Below are positions 13,201 to 25,860 of a stretch of 64,000 nt of DNA, one piece after another. Each line of letters starts with the position of its first letter. Within the stretch, counting starts at the first letter, position 1. Below the pieces are notes generated by a model that was not told the DNA's origin, did not search any database, and worked only from the letters and a program-made list of their open reading frames with translations. The position numbers and the translations under genes were made by a program. Source of the stretch: Eledone cirrhosa (taxonomy: Eukaryota); assembly GCA_964016885.1 (NCBI GenBank), contig OZ024745.1, forward strand, positions 35,774,001 to 35,838,000, in the 5' to 3' direction.

Positions 13201-13480
13201 AAATATAATAATACGATGACGATTTGTCAAGCCTTCATTACGTTTATTGATTGGTGACGCGCGTTTCGCTATTGCTCAGTTCAAGTTTCGATCTGTATCA
13301 ATCTGGCCCGACTCTAGAATCAAAAGCTCGTCGGACCTCTGCTGTTGTAATGACAGATCAATACAGATCAATACATATCAATAGAGGTCGAACCATTAGC
13401 TGATCACAAGCGAGACGCGTATCACCAATCAATAAACGTAATGAATGCTTTAAAAATCGTCCTTGTATTATTAATATTAT
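13201..13480. repeat. Imperfect inverted repeat (~70-bp arms) with a degenerate hammerhead on the minus strand (13252-13337)
   Basis: Arms 13201-13270 and 13409-13480; minus strand GGT-CCGACGA-GCTTTTG...CAATAGC-GAAA-CGCGCG-TC-ACC. Confidence 0.55.
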
Positions 13481-13488
13481 TTTTATAT

Positions 13489-13682
13489 AATTGGCAGTAT
13501 CGGTAGAGGGTTGGACGCCATGCTTTGATGCATAGAGTTACGGCCCTTGCCATTCTGAGTTCAAATCCCGCCTAGGTTAATTTGCCTTTCATCCTTATGG
13601 GGTCGATAAAATAAAGTACCAGTAATGCACTGGGATAATTGCTGGCCTTGTGCCAAAAGTAGAAACAATTATTATTATTATA
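13489..13682 (+). mobile_element. tRNA-derived SINE; its (ATT)n tail abuts the LINE cluster
   Basis: Same family as 9154-9343. Confidence 0.9.
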
Positions 13683-15532
13683 CTTTGAGTCTCAGTCATT
13701 GATGTTATTTAACTGGAAAGTTTGTTGAAATGAATATCAAGCCACTACCTGCAGCCTCATATATTCAGGACGTATCGGAGGGTTCTTGCTGTTCCCAGCA
13801 AGCATGCCTTTTGAAGTGTTCCAAAAAACGGGGCTGGACTAATCTTCTTTAACCATCCTTGGAAACTCTTTGAGATGGTACCTAGTGCGCCTATGACAAT
13901 CGGGACGACCTTGACTTCGACCTCATGGCAGTTCCAAATCCTTTTTACCTCCCACTTTAAGTCCTGGTATCGGTTAATTTTCTCCCTCTCCCTTTCTTGC
14001 ACTCTCGTGTCAAATGGGCAGGCTACATCCACAATCAGACACGATCTTTTTTCCTTGTCCAAAACCACCATGTCAGGCCTATTGTGTTCTAATTTCTTGT
14101 CCGTCTGCATCCTAAATCCCATAGCACCTTCACCTGATCATTTTCTATCACCGACTCTGGTTTATGCTCATACCGCTTCTCAGAATGTGATAAATTGTTT
14201 ACCTTGCATAGGTACCAGTGGATCACCCTGCCTATCACATCATGTCTCCAGCCTTTATAGTGAGTCTGGGCTAGGTGTTTACACTCGGATACAGTCTCCT
14301 CTCTCTCTCCACAGATCCTACACAGTGGGCTAACCTCCTCCTTGTAAATATGGTGTTTCACGCACTTCGTTCGGAGGGCCTGTTCTTGCGCAGCCATTAG
14401 CATTCCTTCTGTAGCCTTTTTAAGGTCTCCTCTTTTTAACCAGTTCCATGTCTGTGGATCTCTAAATTCAGTTTTCTTAAAGAAGGTACTATGAAAGGAT
14501 TTTTCATGAAGGTTGCTCTTCCTCCTTGTTAGTTATTTCCTCCTTGGACATCCCCTGATCTATTGTCTTCTCCTTCAGTCCAATTTTGAGCATTGGGTCC
14601 CTACTGTCACGTATTTGTGCAGGTTGTTGTTCTCAATCTGAACACAGTCCTGTATGCTGATAAGTACTCTTCCACCTTCAGATCTCTTTAAGTAGAGTCT
14701 ATCGACATCACTCCTCTTGTAGAACATGTTGTAGATAGTCAAAAGCTTCCTAGTCTTCCTATCCATTTCATTTTGTTCAGCAAAATTCTATTTCAGAATT
14801 CCCGCCCTGTACCTAATAATAGACACAGCTCGGGAATTCACTACACTTATGACATTCCGACCATTTAGATGTGATTTTAATACACACCTTACGCTCCTTA
14901 TGCACTCAGATCTTATCAATTCCTTCATTTCTTTTTGTTCTTGATGTCATCTGCCTCCTGAACACCTAAATATTTGTATCCTTCTTCAGTGTCAATTTCC
15001 TGTATCATCTCACCTGTTGGTACCTGGATTCCGTTGCTTCTGCTCAATTTACGCCTCTTCTTCTCTAAGACTCCACACTTATTAATACCAAATTCCATAC
15101 ATATAACATGGCCTAAAATACGGACAGTGTCAACAAGTACATCCAACTCCTTCTCACTCTTCCCAAAGAGTTTAAGATCGTCCATGAAGAGGAGGTGGTT
15201 GAGGGTAAGATATCCTTTTCCCAGCTTGTATCCTGCTCTCACTTTTCGCAGTATAATGGTCAGGGGTATCAGGGCAAGGACAAGCAACAGAGGGGACAAA
15301 CTATATCCCTAGAAGATACCTCTCTTGATCTTCACGCCTCCCAATGATTCTCCACCCGATGTTAACTCTGTTTTCCCACGACTTCATACTTTTGCTCAAC
15401 AACTGTTTGATGTTATCTGCCACTGTGAAGATCTCTAGGCTTTTGGTTATCCAAGAATGAGGTACCATGTCAAATGCCTTTCTCTAATCTATCCAAGAAT
15501 GAGGTACCATGTCGAATGCTTTTTTCTAATCT
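13683..15532 (-). mobile_element. 5'-truncated, frameshifted R4/Dong LINE (same family as 22343-25860)
   Basis: ORF pieces with HLLFMDDLKLF, CRIC zinc knuckle, RHD and RPDMVV..IVDVACP restriction-like endonuclease; 3' UTR matches the full-length copy. Confidence 0.95.
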
Positions 15533-15555
15533 AATTATTATTATTATTATTATTA

Positions 15556-16393
15556 CAGTTGCATTTATCTTGCTTTATGTTCATACGAGTTATCATCAAG
15601 TCACAACCAGTGACCTCAAGAGACAACAAGGCCCGCCATGTTCGAGAAAGAACATACACGCACACACATGCAACTTTAGGTGTTTAGACTTGTGATGTAC
15701 TTATATTGACAGAATCTTCCTTAGTATATGGGCAGTTCCCATTAGTACTACCTTTTGTATTTCTCCTATACGCGGGTTTCCTGGGATTTGCGATAAGTAA
15801 TCATTAGACACCTTAGTTATCATTCCTAGAGCGCCTACAACCACTGGTATTGTTTTAGTTCTCAATTTCCACATTTTTCCAATTTCTATCTCCAGGTCCT
15901 TATACTTGCTCAATTTTTCAAATGTTTTTATAGATACATTATTGTCTATTGGAACGGACATATCAATTAGCAGACATACCCTCTTTTTAAAGTCCTTCAG
16001 TATTATATCAGGTCTATTTGCATCTATTTTTCTGTCTGTTTGGAAGCTAAAGTTCCACAAGATTGAGATATGATCTTTTTCTTGAAGTATGGGAGGTGGT
16101 TGATGCTCCCACCAATTCTTTTGATGGGGCAGGTCAAAATGCTTACACATTATCCTATGTATGTATTGTGCAGCTCTGTCATGCCTGTTTAAGTATTCGG
16201 TTGGAGCTATGGGACTGCACATTGAAATTATATGATCAATGGTCTGTGGTTGTTTTTTACATACACGGCATAATGGGTTGCATCCATTTTTATTATGTTG
16301 GCAGACATTGATCTTGTGCTGATATTATCAGTCCTTCAGTCTCCGATTTCAGTCCAGAGGATGCCAACCACTGATGGGTTAAAGTTCTGTCAA
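15556..16393 (-). mobile_element. 5'-truncated R4/Dong LINE of a second family (RLE domain)
   Basis: ORF 15701..16222 has YLNRHD, QTDRKIDANRPDII, LIDMSVP, EKLSKYKDL and IPVVVGALG; flanked by (ATT)n on both sides. Confidence 0.9.
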
Positions 16394-16629
16394 CTTATTA
16401 TTATTATTATTATTATTATTGGCGACCTACGTAGGAAATCGTATTATCGTGAGCTCCGCAAAGGTTTGTTATTTCCGTTTGTTTAAAAATTGCCATTTAT
16501 GGAAAATTTTATTGTAAACTGTTTATAAGCACACATACATTGTTTTCCGAAAAGGACACCCAAAAAGATTGGGGCCTTGTGCCCAAAATTTTAACTTTTA
16601 TTATTATCCAAAAATTTCTTTGAAAAAAA

Positions 16630-18625
16630 ATGGCTAATTCCCCTCTGCACGAAGCAGCTGAAAGCCTTCCTCACAAAATAACACCTCACACCGACACCAC
16701 CATTGTAAATGTTACTACGTTTGCCAACACAAAAAAAAATATAAGCAGTAGCAATATTTTAAATTTGTCTCAGGCAGACATTCATTTCCCGCCATTACCA
16801 ATGACTGCAGGTGTTAAACCCTCCACCACCACCACCACCACCACCGCGACAACCACCACCACCACCACCACCGCGACAACAGAAACAAAAGAAGAAAAAA
16901 TAAATTAACTCGTGACGTCGAAATGAAATCAAGCAAAATGGACTCTTCCCCACCAAAGACGACTGACGTCACCACCACCACAACTGAAAATAAAATTAAT
17001 ATTAACGATAGCAACAACAACAACAATGACATTATAAAACCGACCCTCAGTTTCGCCATCGTAGCAAAACAATTCGAAGCGTTCACGGTAACTCAAGAAG
17101 ATTTAGAAAATGCCAAACAAATGGTAAAGAAAGATGGGTACAGGGTCAGCCTCACCCCCCCCCCAACCTAATAAAATGGAGCATCGGCGCCTGTGCACCG
17201 TGTCGTATAGAACAATAAATGTAAAATCGCGCCGAGTGGAACGGGCATCCGAGTCCCAAATCCAAAAAGCTTTGGGACATGTGTGGGCAAGAAAAACCCA
17301 CATCAGACGTGGGCAAAAGTATGGAACCGTGGATGTGTTCTTTGAAACACCAGAGGAGGCTAGAGAACACTCCATGGCCCCATTAAAAAGTGACGACCTC
17401 ACACTCGTCCCAAGCTATTGTGGCCAGAGACTCGTAAAGAACAGGGTGACCCACGTTCCACCGGCCATCGAAATTCCCTGGCTAATAGCGGCTGTCCTCA
17501 CCGGCATCGAAGCCAACACGAAAATAATAGCAGTAGCAAAAGAAAAGCAGGAAAACTGGTCCGGATCTGGGATGGAGCTCCTGATCCAAGCGGACCAAAA
17601 AAAGCATTGAGGAGATCCCAGAGGTAATAGACCTCACTGACGGCAGCCACCTCACGGTAATTGTCGAGGGCAGAAGACCTAGGTGTGTCGTTTGTGGTGA
17701 AGGAACCCACCTAACGGCTTTCTGCCCTCAGGCTAAAAGGTTGAGGCCACCTCTCCTACCCACCCCAGTGACACAACCATCAACACCACCAGTAGCAGAG
17801 ATGGCAGCAACAACTGTAGCAGCAACAACAGAAGCAACTATAACAGCAACAACCCCAGCAACAGTAGCAAAACCAACACCACTACCACCACCAGCAAAAC
17901 CAACACCACCACCACCCAACGCTTCAGAACTAGCACCAGCGCCTACACCATCCACCACACCACAACCAAAACTAACGGCTGTGGAGGATTTTCCACTCCC
18001 CGGCCTATCACAACTGGAGACAGATTGTGACGACGAGGAGTGGGAAACGATATCCGGAAAAAAAAATAGAAACCAAAAAAGAAAAAATTCTCTTCCTTCC
18101 CCCTCCAAAAACAAAATACAGAGGGAAACAAATAAACTAAGAAACAAAAAAGTTAGGACAGATATGCCACCATCCACACCAGCATCACCAACCCCATCAA
18201 CCCAAACACCAACACCATCACCATCATTAACTCCAACACCACCATCGCCTACACCACAAAAGTCACCAAAATGCGAAACAGAAACAAACCCACAACAAAC
18301 GCAAACAAAACAAAACAACCAAAACGATACACACTACACAGCATTAAATTTGAACAACAAGCAATTATTACACTACATCCAACACAACACCAGCATCACA
18401 GAAAAAGACTACACAACAACCGCAAAATTCACACCACCTCCACACATACAAATCACTCGCATCACACAGAAAACGTACATGACACTAAAACAAAAATTCC
18501 CCAAAGTCATCGGAGACTTCCGACAAGCACTCTCCAGGAGGATTTATAAGGACATCCTTCCTGAGGAGGCCACAAGCAGTGAAAAGGATGGAAAAGCCGT
18601 CCTTCCCCTACGAGAAGTAAGGTAA
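16630..18625 (+). pseudogene. Tx1 ORF1 (gag-like), split by frameshifts
   Basis: Segments 16630..16908, 16923..17171, 17134..17610 and 17741..18625; CX2CX4HX4C knuckle (CVVCGEGTHLTAFC) at ~17685-17726; Pro/Thr-rich tail; breaks fall at homopolymers. Confidence 0.8.
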
Positions 18626-18659
18626 GTGGTCTTTCCCATCTTTTCCACTCCTTTTCAAC

Positions 18660-21600
18660 ATGACCTCACTCAGAATAGGCAGCATAAATGCGCGTGGCTT
18701 GGGGTCGTCATGGAAGCAGGGCCACCTGCTCAACAACCTCAGGTCACTAAACATAGATGTAGTGGCCATCAGCGAGACCAGAATCTCCGAGGCACAGGCT
18801 TTCGCACTGATCTTCGGCGGCTACGATGTGTACGCATCTCCCAGCCGTCCGGGATCGGGGGGAGGAGTTGCTGTGCTTTTTCGGAGAGGTTTGGATCTTG
18901 CCATACGGGCCATCTTCCTGGACCCAGAAGGTAAGTTGGTGGTGCTGGACGTGACCAGCGGAGACGGGCAAGCTTTCAGGTTAGTGGCCGTCTATGCCCC
19001 GACAGGAGCAGGGCGGCCTGATTTCTTCCGGCGTCTGGAGACCTTTCTTGGAACGTCCCGCTCTTTAGTGTTAGTGGGCGACTGGAACGGGATCTTAGAT
19101 GCACGCTGGGATTGTGTGGGATTAGTGGATAGGGAAGGAGGGTACAAGAGTCTCACCAACCTGCTCAGACGTTTTGAACTGTCTGACAGGTACCGAATGG
19201 ATTTCCCGAATGTACCAATGTGGACTTGGACAAATCGCATAGGGTCATCCAGATCATATCTAGATAGAGTATTTTGTAGGGAAATAGATAGGTCTAGCAT
19301 AGGCTGTCCACAATTCAAGATAGTCAGCTACACGGACCACAAATTCGTGATCTGTGTGCTTGACTTAGATAGGCTTCATAGACGAGGACCCGGCTACTGG
19401 AAGCTAAACGCGTCCTTACCAGCGCGCAAGGCCTACAGAGACCGGATTAGCGAACTAGTTAAGCGGGCGTTGACGGGGGCCATCGTCAACAACAAGTGGT
19501 GGTTTGCTCTGAAAAGAGCAATTAGAATAGAGTCCATTAGGTTTAGTAAGACTTTAGCAATAGAGAAAAATAGAGCCGAGGGAGAATTAGTTAGAAAATT
19601 AGATGAGGCGCTTAGCAAAGGCATCGCGACCGACGTACTTGCGGCGAAATTGGCCCTTGACCAATTCTTCAATGCAAAGCACGAAGGCTGCGTTGTCAGA
19701 GCTAGGGTGCGTGCTCTCAGACACGAGGGGACGAAAGCCGTTGAATGGGCCCGAGTGGCGGAGGCGCGTCGTGGCAACAAAGCCACGATCCGGTCTTTGG
19801 TGGACCACGACGGGCGCATGCTACTCGATCCCGGGCAAATGTGTGAAGCTTTTCAGCGACACTTCGCTCAACTGTTCGGGGGCAGTGGCGGGCCGGATCG
19901 AGGGATGGACTTTAGTGTCTACCTCGTCGGACTGCCGCGGCTTTCGGCCACTGAGGCGGAGTGTTGCGAAAAGCCGATAACAACCGCTGAAGTACGGGAT
20001 GCAATGACTAGTTGCACAAGGGGCAAATCGCCTGGTTTGGATGGTCTGCCCTATGAACTTTACGTACAAATGCCAAACTTGTTCGGAGGCCTCTTGGCGG
20101 ACGTCTACTGCAACTGGCAACAGAACGGGAGAATTCCCAGCTCTGTGAGCCGAGGAGCGGTGGCGCTGCTGAGAAAGGATCCGAACAAGGGGGATAACAT
20201 AGATAATTTTAGGCCCATAACTCTGCTAAACACAGAGTTCAAGATTTTGGCCAAGGTGCTAGCAAAGAGGTTGGCGCTTGTCGTTGGTGGTCTGGTGGGA
20301 GAGGCACAGACATGCGCCATTCCCGACAGATCCATCCACGACAACCTCCACCTCATGCGATACATCGTAGAGAGGGTAGCTAGGGAACCTGGCACGGGTG
20401 GGTCTTTGATCAATTTAGATCAGTCGAAAGCCTTCGATAGGGTCGACCATCGTTACCTAGCGGCAGTCCTGAGGGCGGCTGGCTTTGGGCCCGTCTTCAG
20501 AGGCTGGATCGCTGCCATGCACAGCGACATCTGCTCTGTAGTGAGAGTGAACGGTCACCTTTCGGAACCGTTCAACATCATGCGCTCGGTCCGCCAAGGA
20601 TGTCCCCTCTCGTCCCTATTGTACGTATTGACTCTCGAGCCATTACTGCACAAACTGGAGACGTTGAGGGGGGCCCCGCGCGAACTAGGATGCGGAAGAT
20701 CCGTGTCAGCATATGCCGACGATGTCACCGTAGTGGTGTCGAACGCCAAACACATCGAGGCGATCGGCACTACACTAAGAGAATACGAAGCGGTGACAGG
20801 AGCAATGATCAACCAGGAAAAGTCAGTGGGCCTGCAGCTCGGCACCTGGAGAGGCAGGTCCATGCCGTCCAACAGCGTCGTCGGGCGCTGGACGGACGGA
20901 CCGGTTAAATTGCTAGGGGTCTGGTTCGGTCCAGACCTCCAGACGGACAAAAACTGGGACGAGGTGACGAGCAGGGTGGCTTCTCTCACCCAGAAATGGG
21001 CCGAGAGGAAGCTATCCCTAAAAGGTCGAGTGGAGGTGGCGAATGCGTTGATCGCATCCGTCATCTACTACCGCCTGACCGTCGTACCTTGTCCTAAGCC
21101 CCGCCTGACTGCGCTGGAGCGTTTGCTCTTTCGCTTCTTGTGGAAGGGACGCGCTCCGATGGTCAGGCGGTCCATCTGCTGTCAACACCCGCTACGTGGA
21201 GGGCTGGGCATGCCGTGGCTGATGATGCGCAGACACGCGCTCAGGCTACATCTCCACCTCTTCCTCGACGGTGATCAGGTGTGGTCGCCGTTTGCAAGAC
21301 ACGTTTTTCCCCAGCTCGTCTCCTTGACGGAGCTGCAGTCCTGGGTCAAGCGAAGACCGAGAGGGAGCGCTTGGAGACTGGAATGTCTTCAGGCGCTCAC
21401 AGCCCTCGACCAATCGGGCAATGTGATCGGTTGAAACTCCACCTTGGCGTTCTATAGGGGATTAGTGGAGGGGAAGAGCGACGACGTACTTGGAGAAACT
21501 CTAGGCGTCGACGAAAATCAACTAGCCAATCTCTTTGGAAGGACTTTCGGGCCGGGGCCTATGGACAACTTCCAGAAATCCCTGGCCTGGCAGTGCTACC

Positions 21601-22076
21601 GAGGAGCTTTGCCAGTTCGGGATAAACTCTACAGGCATGGAGGTGCCGTCATCCGGGCATGTCCGAGATGCGCGCAGGGCGACGAAACCGTCCTGCACGC
21701 ACTCGTCCAGTGTCCGAGCATTGCTGACTTGTGGGTTTATGTCGAACACCTGCTGTCACGTGTAGGACCTATCCAGCTATCAGCTGAGTCCATCGTGAGG
21801 ATTGCCCCGCCCCCTTCCTTTAGCCTGGAAGGGCAGGCAGTTTTTATCTGTCTGGTGGCCATGGAGAAAGAGATAGTATGGTGGACACGTTTGAAAGGGC
21901 TGAAGACGAGCACTTACCTCTTCGGTGATGCCCTGATTAACTTTTTCAAATTTCATTTGAAAAGGAAAATCAGGGTAGAGAGGGAAGTGCTCTCTTCCCA
22001 GCATTTAGTTGAAAGATGGGTGAGAGAAGCAAGTATGGCCCGAATGAATGGGCCTTCTCTGAGTATGTGTCTGTAA
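18660..22076 (+). CDS. Tx1 ORF2: APE endonuclease + reverse transcriptase + C-terminal zinc finger, with one in-frame stop at 21432-21434
   Basis: GSINARG, SET, GDWN, YLD, TDH (APE); KSPGLDG, FRPITLLN, DQSKAFD, RQGCPLS, YADD (RT); CPRC..ETVLHALVQC in the same frame after the TGA. Confidence 0.93.
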
Positions 22077-22342
22077 ATTAAAGGTGGAAAACTGGGAGAG
22101 GGCACTTGCCCTGGTGGTCAGGGCCACTGTGGTCTTTTAATGGGCTTTCTCCACAAATCTCCCTTGGAAGTCTCCCCCCTATTGGGGAATTTTTCTTTGT
22201 TATTTTATTTCAACCTCTGTTTTTTTACACGCAGAAATGCCCATTTGTACCGTCCTGTATTGTCCTGTACTGTCCTTAATGTCTACTTTATGTGAACCCT
22301 TGTGGTTAATAAAGAAAACATTATTATTATTGTTATTGTTAT

Positions 22343-25300
22343 TCCTTGAATCTCAGTCATTGATGTTGGTTAACTGGAAAGTCCGTTGGATTGAATATCA
22401 AGCCACTACCTGCAGCCTCAGATATTCAGGACGTATCGGAGGGTTCTTGCCGTTCCAAGCAAGCATGCCTTTTGAAGCGTTCCAAAAAGCGTGAAGGGGC
22501 CGATTTTCTTTAACCATCCCTGGAAACCTTTGGAGATAGTCCCCAGTGCGCCTATGACAATCGGGATCACTTTGACTTCATGGCAGTTCCAAATCCTTTT
22601 CACCTCCCACTTTAGGTCCTGGTATCGGTTAATTTTCTCCCTCTCCTTCTCTTGCACTCTCGTGTCGAACGGGCAGGCCACATCCACAATCAGGCACGAT
22701 CTTTTTTCTTTGTCCACAACCACCAGGTCAGGTCTATTGTGTTCCAGTTTTTTGTCCGTCTGTATCCTAAAATCCCACAGCACCTTCACCTGACTGTTCT
22801 CCATCACCGCCTCTGGCCTATGCTCATACCATTTCTCAGAATGTGGTAGATTGTTTACTTTGCACAGGTGCCAGTGGATCACCCTGCCCATCACATCGTG
22901 TCTCCAGCCCTTATAGTGGGTCTGGGCTAGGTGTTTACACTCGGACACAATGTGAGCCACAGTCTCCTCTCTCTCTCCACAGATCCTGCACAGTGGGCTA
23001 GCCTCCTCCTTGTAGATATGGTGCTTCAACCACTTCGTTTTGAGGGCCTGCTCCTGCGCAGCCATTAGCATTCCTTCTGTAGCCTTTTTGAGGTCTCCTC
23101 TTCTCAACCAGTTCCATGTCTGTGGATCTCTAAATTCAGTTTTCTCAAAGAAGGTACTATGAAGGGATTTTCCCTTAAGGCTGCTCTTCCTCCTTGATGT
23201 TATTTCCTCCTTGGGTATCCCCTGGCCTACTCTCCCCTCCTTCAGTACAGCTCTGAGCATTGGCTCCTTACTATAGGTCACGTATTTGTATAGGTTGTTT
23301 TTCTCCATCTGAACACAGTCCTCTATGCTGATAAGACCTCTTCCACCCTCAGATCTCCTTAGGTAGAGTCTATCGACATCACTCCTCTTGTGGAACATGT
23401 TGTAGATAGTCAATAGCTTCCTAGTCTTCCTATCCATTTCTTTTTGTTCAGCAACATTCCATCTCAGAATTCCCGCACTGTACCTAATAATAGACACAGC
23501 TCGGGAATTTACTGCGCTTATGGCATTTCTGCTGTTCAGATGTGACTTCAATACGCTCCTTACTCTCCGAATGTATTCAGTTCTTAACAATTCCTTCATT
23601 TTTTTGTTCTTTATGCCATCAGCCTCCAGAACGCCCAAATACTTGTATCCTTCCTCAGAGTCAATTTCCTTTATCATCTCACCTGTTGGTATCTGGATCC
23701 CGTTACTTCTGCTCAACCTACCCCTCCTCATCACAATGACTCCACATTTACCAATACCAAACTGCATACATATATCACTGCTGAAAATACGGACAGTGTC
23801 AACAAGCACATCCAACTCCTTCTCACTTTTCCCGAAGAGCTTAAGATCGTCCATGAAGAGGAGGTGATTGATGGTAAGCTCTCCCCTTCCCAACTTGTAT
23901 CCTGCTCTCACTTTTCGCAGCATAATGGTCAAGGGCATCAGGGCAAGGACAAACAACAGAGGGGACAGGCTATCTCCCTGGAAGATACCTCTCTTGATCT
24001 TCACGCTTCCCAAGGATACTCCAGTTGATGTCAACTCTGTCTCCCAGGACCCCATACTCCTGCCCAGCAACTCTCTGATGTTATCTGCCACCCTGAAGAT
24101 CTCCAGGCTTTTGGTGATCCAGGAATGAGGCACCATGTCAAATGCCTTTCTGTAGTCTATCCATCCCATGGCAAGATCAGTGTGTCTCCTCCTGCAATTC
24201 CCCATTACCATCTTATCAATAAGCAACTGGTCCTTTGTACCACGTGACTTCTTTCGGCATCCTTTCTGTTCGTCCGGCAACAAGTTGTTTGTGTGGAGGT
24301 GATGGTAGATTTCCTCAGACACAATGCTCGTCAACAGTTTCCACATTACGGGCAGACATGTGATAGGTCTATAGTTGGTAACATCATTACCCTTGATTCG
24401 GTCTTTCATTATCAGAACTGTGGTACCTTTTGTCAACCACTCTGGCACCTCACCCGACACCAAGCAGTCATTGAACATGGCCGTCAGCTTCGGGTGGAGG
24501 GATGTTAAATGTTTAATCCAATACCCCTGCACACCATCTGGGCCTGGTGATTTCCAGTTGGTTAGTTTTTTGGCTTGCCCCTTAAGAGTTTCAACTGTGA
24601 TACTCAAATCAGTCTGTTGCTGTGCCTGCTCACCGATCTCCCTCTGTACTGTCTCAATCCACCCTGCCTGGGCATTGTGTCTAACATCCTGCTCCCATAT
24701 TCCTCTCCAGAATGTTTTAGCTTGTTCCGCCCCAGGGATCAAGTCGGTGCCTCTTTCTTTCCCCTCAAGCTGTCCAAACAGCATCTTCTGGTTGTTGTCG
24801 AACATGCGGTTCTGTTTATACTGACTGACTCTGTTCTCGTATCGCCTGATTTTGGCACTCTTTGCTACAATGCGTTGCTTCAATTCCTCTATGATAATAT
24901 TTAGCTTTTTACTCCTAGTTTTGTATTTTATTTCCAGTCTATTTTTAGTGCCTATGTTTTTTAGTGTCCCATTCAGTAGTGACTCAAGCTTTCCTATGTC
25001 ATTTCTCATTTCCCCGATTTGCCCACTCAGTCGCTTCTTCCACCACGGCTCTGCTCTTTCTTGTCTGTTGTTTCCTCTCGCTTTTATACCAAGTAGTTTC
25101 CTCACCGTATTTGCTGTTGCTTTGAGGATATTGTTGCACTGGTGAAGACTCCTCGCCTCAAGGTATGGGATGACTTTGTTTACCTTAGCTGTTGTTTCTT
25201 TTAACTTTTTCCTGTCTACAAATCTTAGGTTCATAGGTCTCCCACTATCATTGTTCAACTCATCTACCACTAAATTTAGGATGTCAACCGAATCTTGTCC

Positions 25301-25860
25301 TAGCCCGTCAGCATTCATCTCCTCAGTGGCCGTATCTCTGTTCCAGGTATTATTTATCTCAGTATTCAGATCATTGTCTGCTTCGGGTGGTTCCTCCGCT
25401 CTCAGGACCTCCTCACCTTCATTTCCCGCCGGCTCGCTTGTCTGGCATACTACACCCGCCATCTCCAAGCCATTCTCTCTGCTCAGTTCCTCCAGTTCCA
25501 GCTCGCTTATCCACCCATTAGTTCTTATTACCCGAGCCTGCCCGGCCAATTTTTGTTCATCTAATTTAAATAAACCAATCTCGTTCCAGATGTTATGCAT
25601 CCGTCTCCTGTAGCCCCTCTCCTTGGGGTTACTTTTCAGGTAGCATTGCATAACAGTTCTATTCAATTCTTTCGTCCAGTTGGTTCTGGCCCCTTTCCTT
25701 CTTCTTCTTCCTCCAACATCAGCAGTATTTCGTTGACAGTCAGGTTCCTGCTGCTGAGCCAGGGGGCACCTGTTGGGTGAGAGTCTGTCACATGACGTTC
25801 TAGTCTCCATTTCACCGTTATTCGAACTGTTTATGTTCGATATTTAAACACTCTTATCGA
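22343..25860 (-). mobile_element. Apparently complete R4/Dong non-LTR retrotransposon
   Basis: Single long ORF, short 3' UTR ending in (TAA)n; the 5' boundary is uncertain. Confidence 0.93.
22418..25810 (-). CDS. R4/Dong ORF: reverse transcriptase + CCHC zinc knuckle + restriction-like endonuclease (1130 aa, uninterrupted)
   Basis: KSPGPDG, YRPITCL, IDYRKAFD, GIFQGDSLSP, LFMDDLK, YKYLG, CRIC..ETVAHIVSEC, RHD, RPDLVV..IVDVACP, EKINRY. Confidence 0.96.
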   Translation of the reverse strand: METRTSCDRLSPNRCPLAQQQEPDCQRNTADVGGRRRRKGARTNWTKELNRTVMQCYLKSNPKERGYRRRMHNIWNEIGLFKLDEQKLAGQARVIRTNGWISELELEELSRENGLEMAGVVCQTSEPAGNEGEEVLRAEEPPEADNDLNTEINNTWNRDTATEEMNADGLGQDSVDILNLVVDELNNDSGRPMNLRFVDRKKLKETTAKVNKVIPYLEARSLHQCNNILKATANTVRKLLGIKARGNNRQERAEPWWKKRLSGQIGEMRNDIGKLESLLNGTLKNIGTKNRLEIKYKTRSKKLNIIIEELKQRIVAKSAKIRRYENRVSQYKQNRMFDNNQKMLFGQLEGKERGTDLIPGAEQAKTFWRGIWEQDVRHNAQAGWIETVQREIGEQAQQQTDLSITVETLKGQAKKLTNWKSPGPDGVQGYWIKHLTSLHPKLTAMFNDCLVSGEVPEWLTKGTTVLIMKDRIKGNDVTNYRPITCLPVMWKLLTSIVSEEIYHHLHTNNLLPDEQKGCRKKSRGTKDQLLIDKMVMGNCRRRHTDLAMGWIDYRKAFDMVPHSWITKSLEIFRVADNIRELLGRSMGSWETELTSTGVSLGSVKIKRGIFQGDSLSPLLFVLALMPLTIMLRKVRAGYKLGRGELTINHLLFMDDLKLFGKSEKELDVLVDTVRIFSSDICMQFGIGKCGVIVMRRGRLSRSNGIQIPTGEMIKEIDSEEGYKYLGVLEADGIKNKKMKELLRTEYIRRVRSVLKSHLNSRNAISAVNSRAVSIIRYSAGILRWNVAEQKEMDRKTRKLLTIYNMFHKRSDVDRLYLRRSEGGRGLISIEDCVQMEKNNLYKYVTYSKEPMLRAVLKEGRVGQGIPKEEITSRRKSSLKGKSLHSTFFEKTEFRDPQTWNWLRRGDLKKATEGMLMAAQEQALKTKWLKHHIYKEEASPLCRICGEREETVAHIVSECKHLAQTHYKGWRHDVMGRVIHWHLCKVNNLPHSEKWYEHRPEAVMENSQVKVLWDFRIQTDKKLEHNRPDLVVVDKEKRSCLIVDVACPFDTRVQEKEREKINRYQDLKWEVKRIWNCHEVKVIPIVIGALGTISKGFQGWLKKIGPFTLFGTLQKACLLGTARTLRYVLNI

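Larger units (their letters stand above)
16421..22320 (+). mobile_element. Near full-length Tx1-clade (L1 group) LINE
   Basis: 5' UTR, broken ORF1, ORF2, 3' UTR ending AATAAAGAAAACA; flanked by (ATT)n/(TTA)n. Confidence 0.92.

Noticed and set aside
17728-25780. Numerous ORFs antisense or in alternate frames to the LINE ORFs
   Set aside because: Shadows of GC-richer coding sequence, with no motifs of their own.
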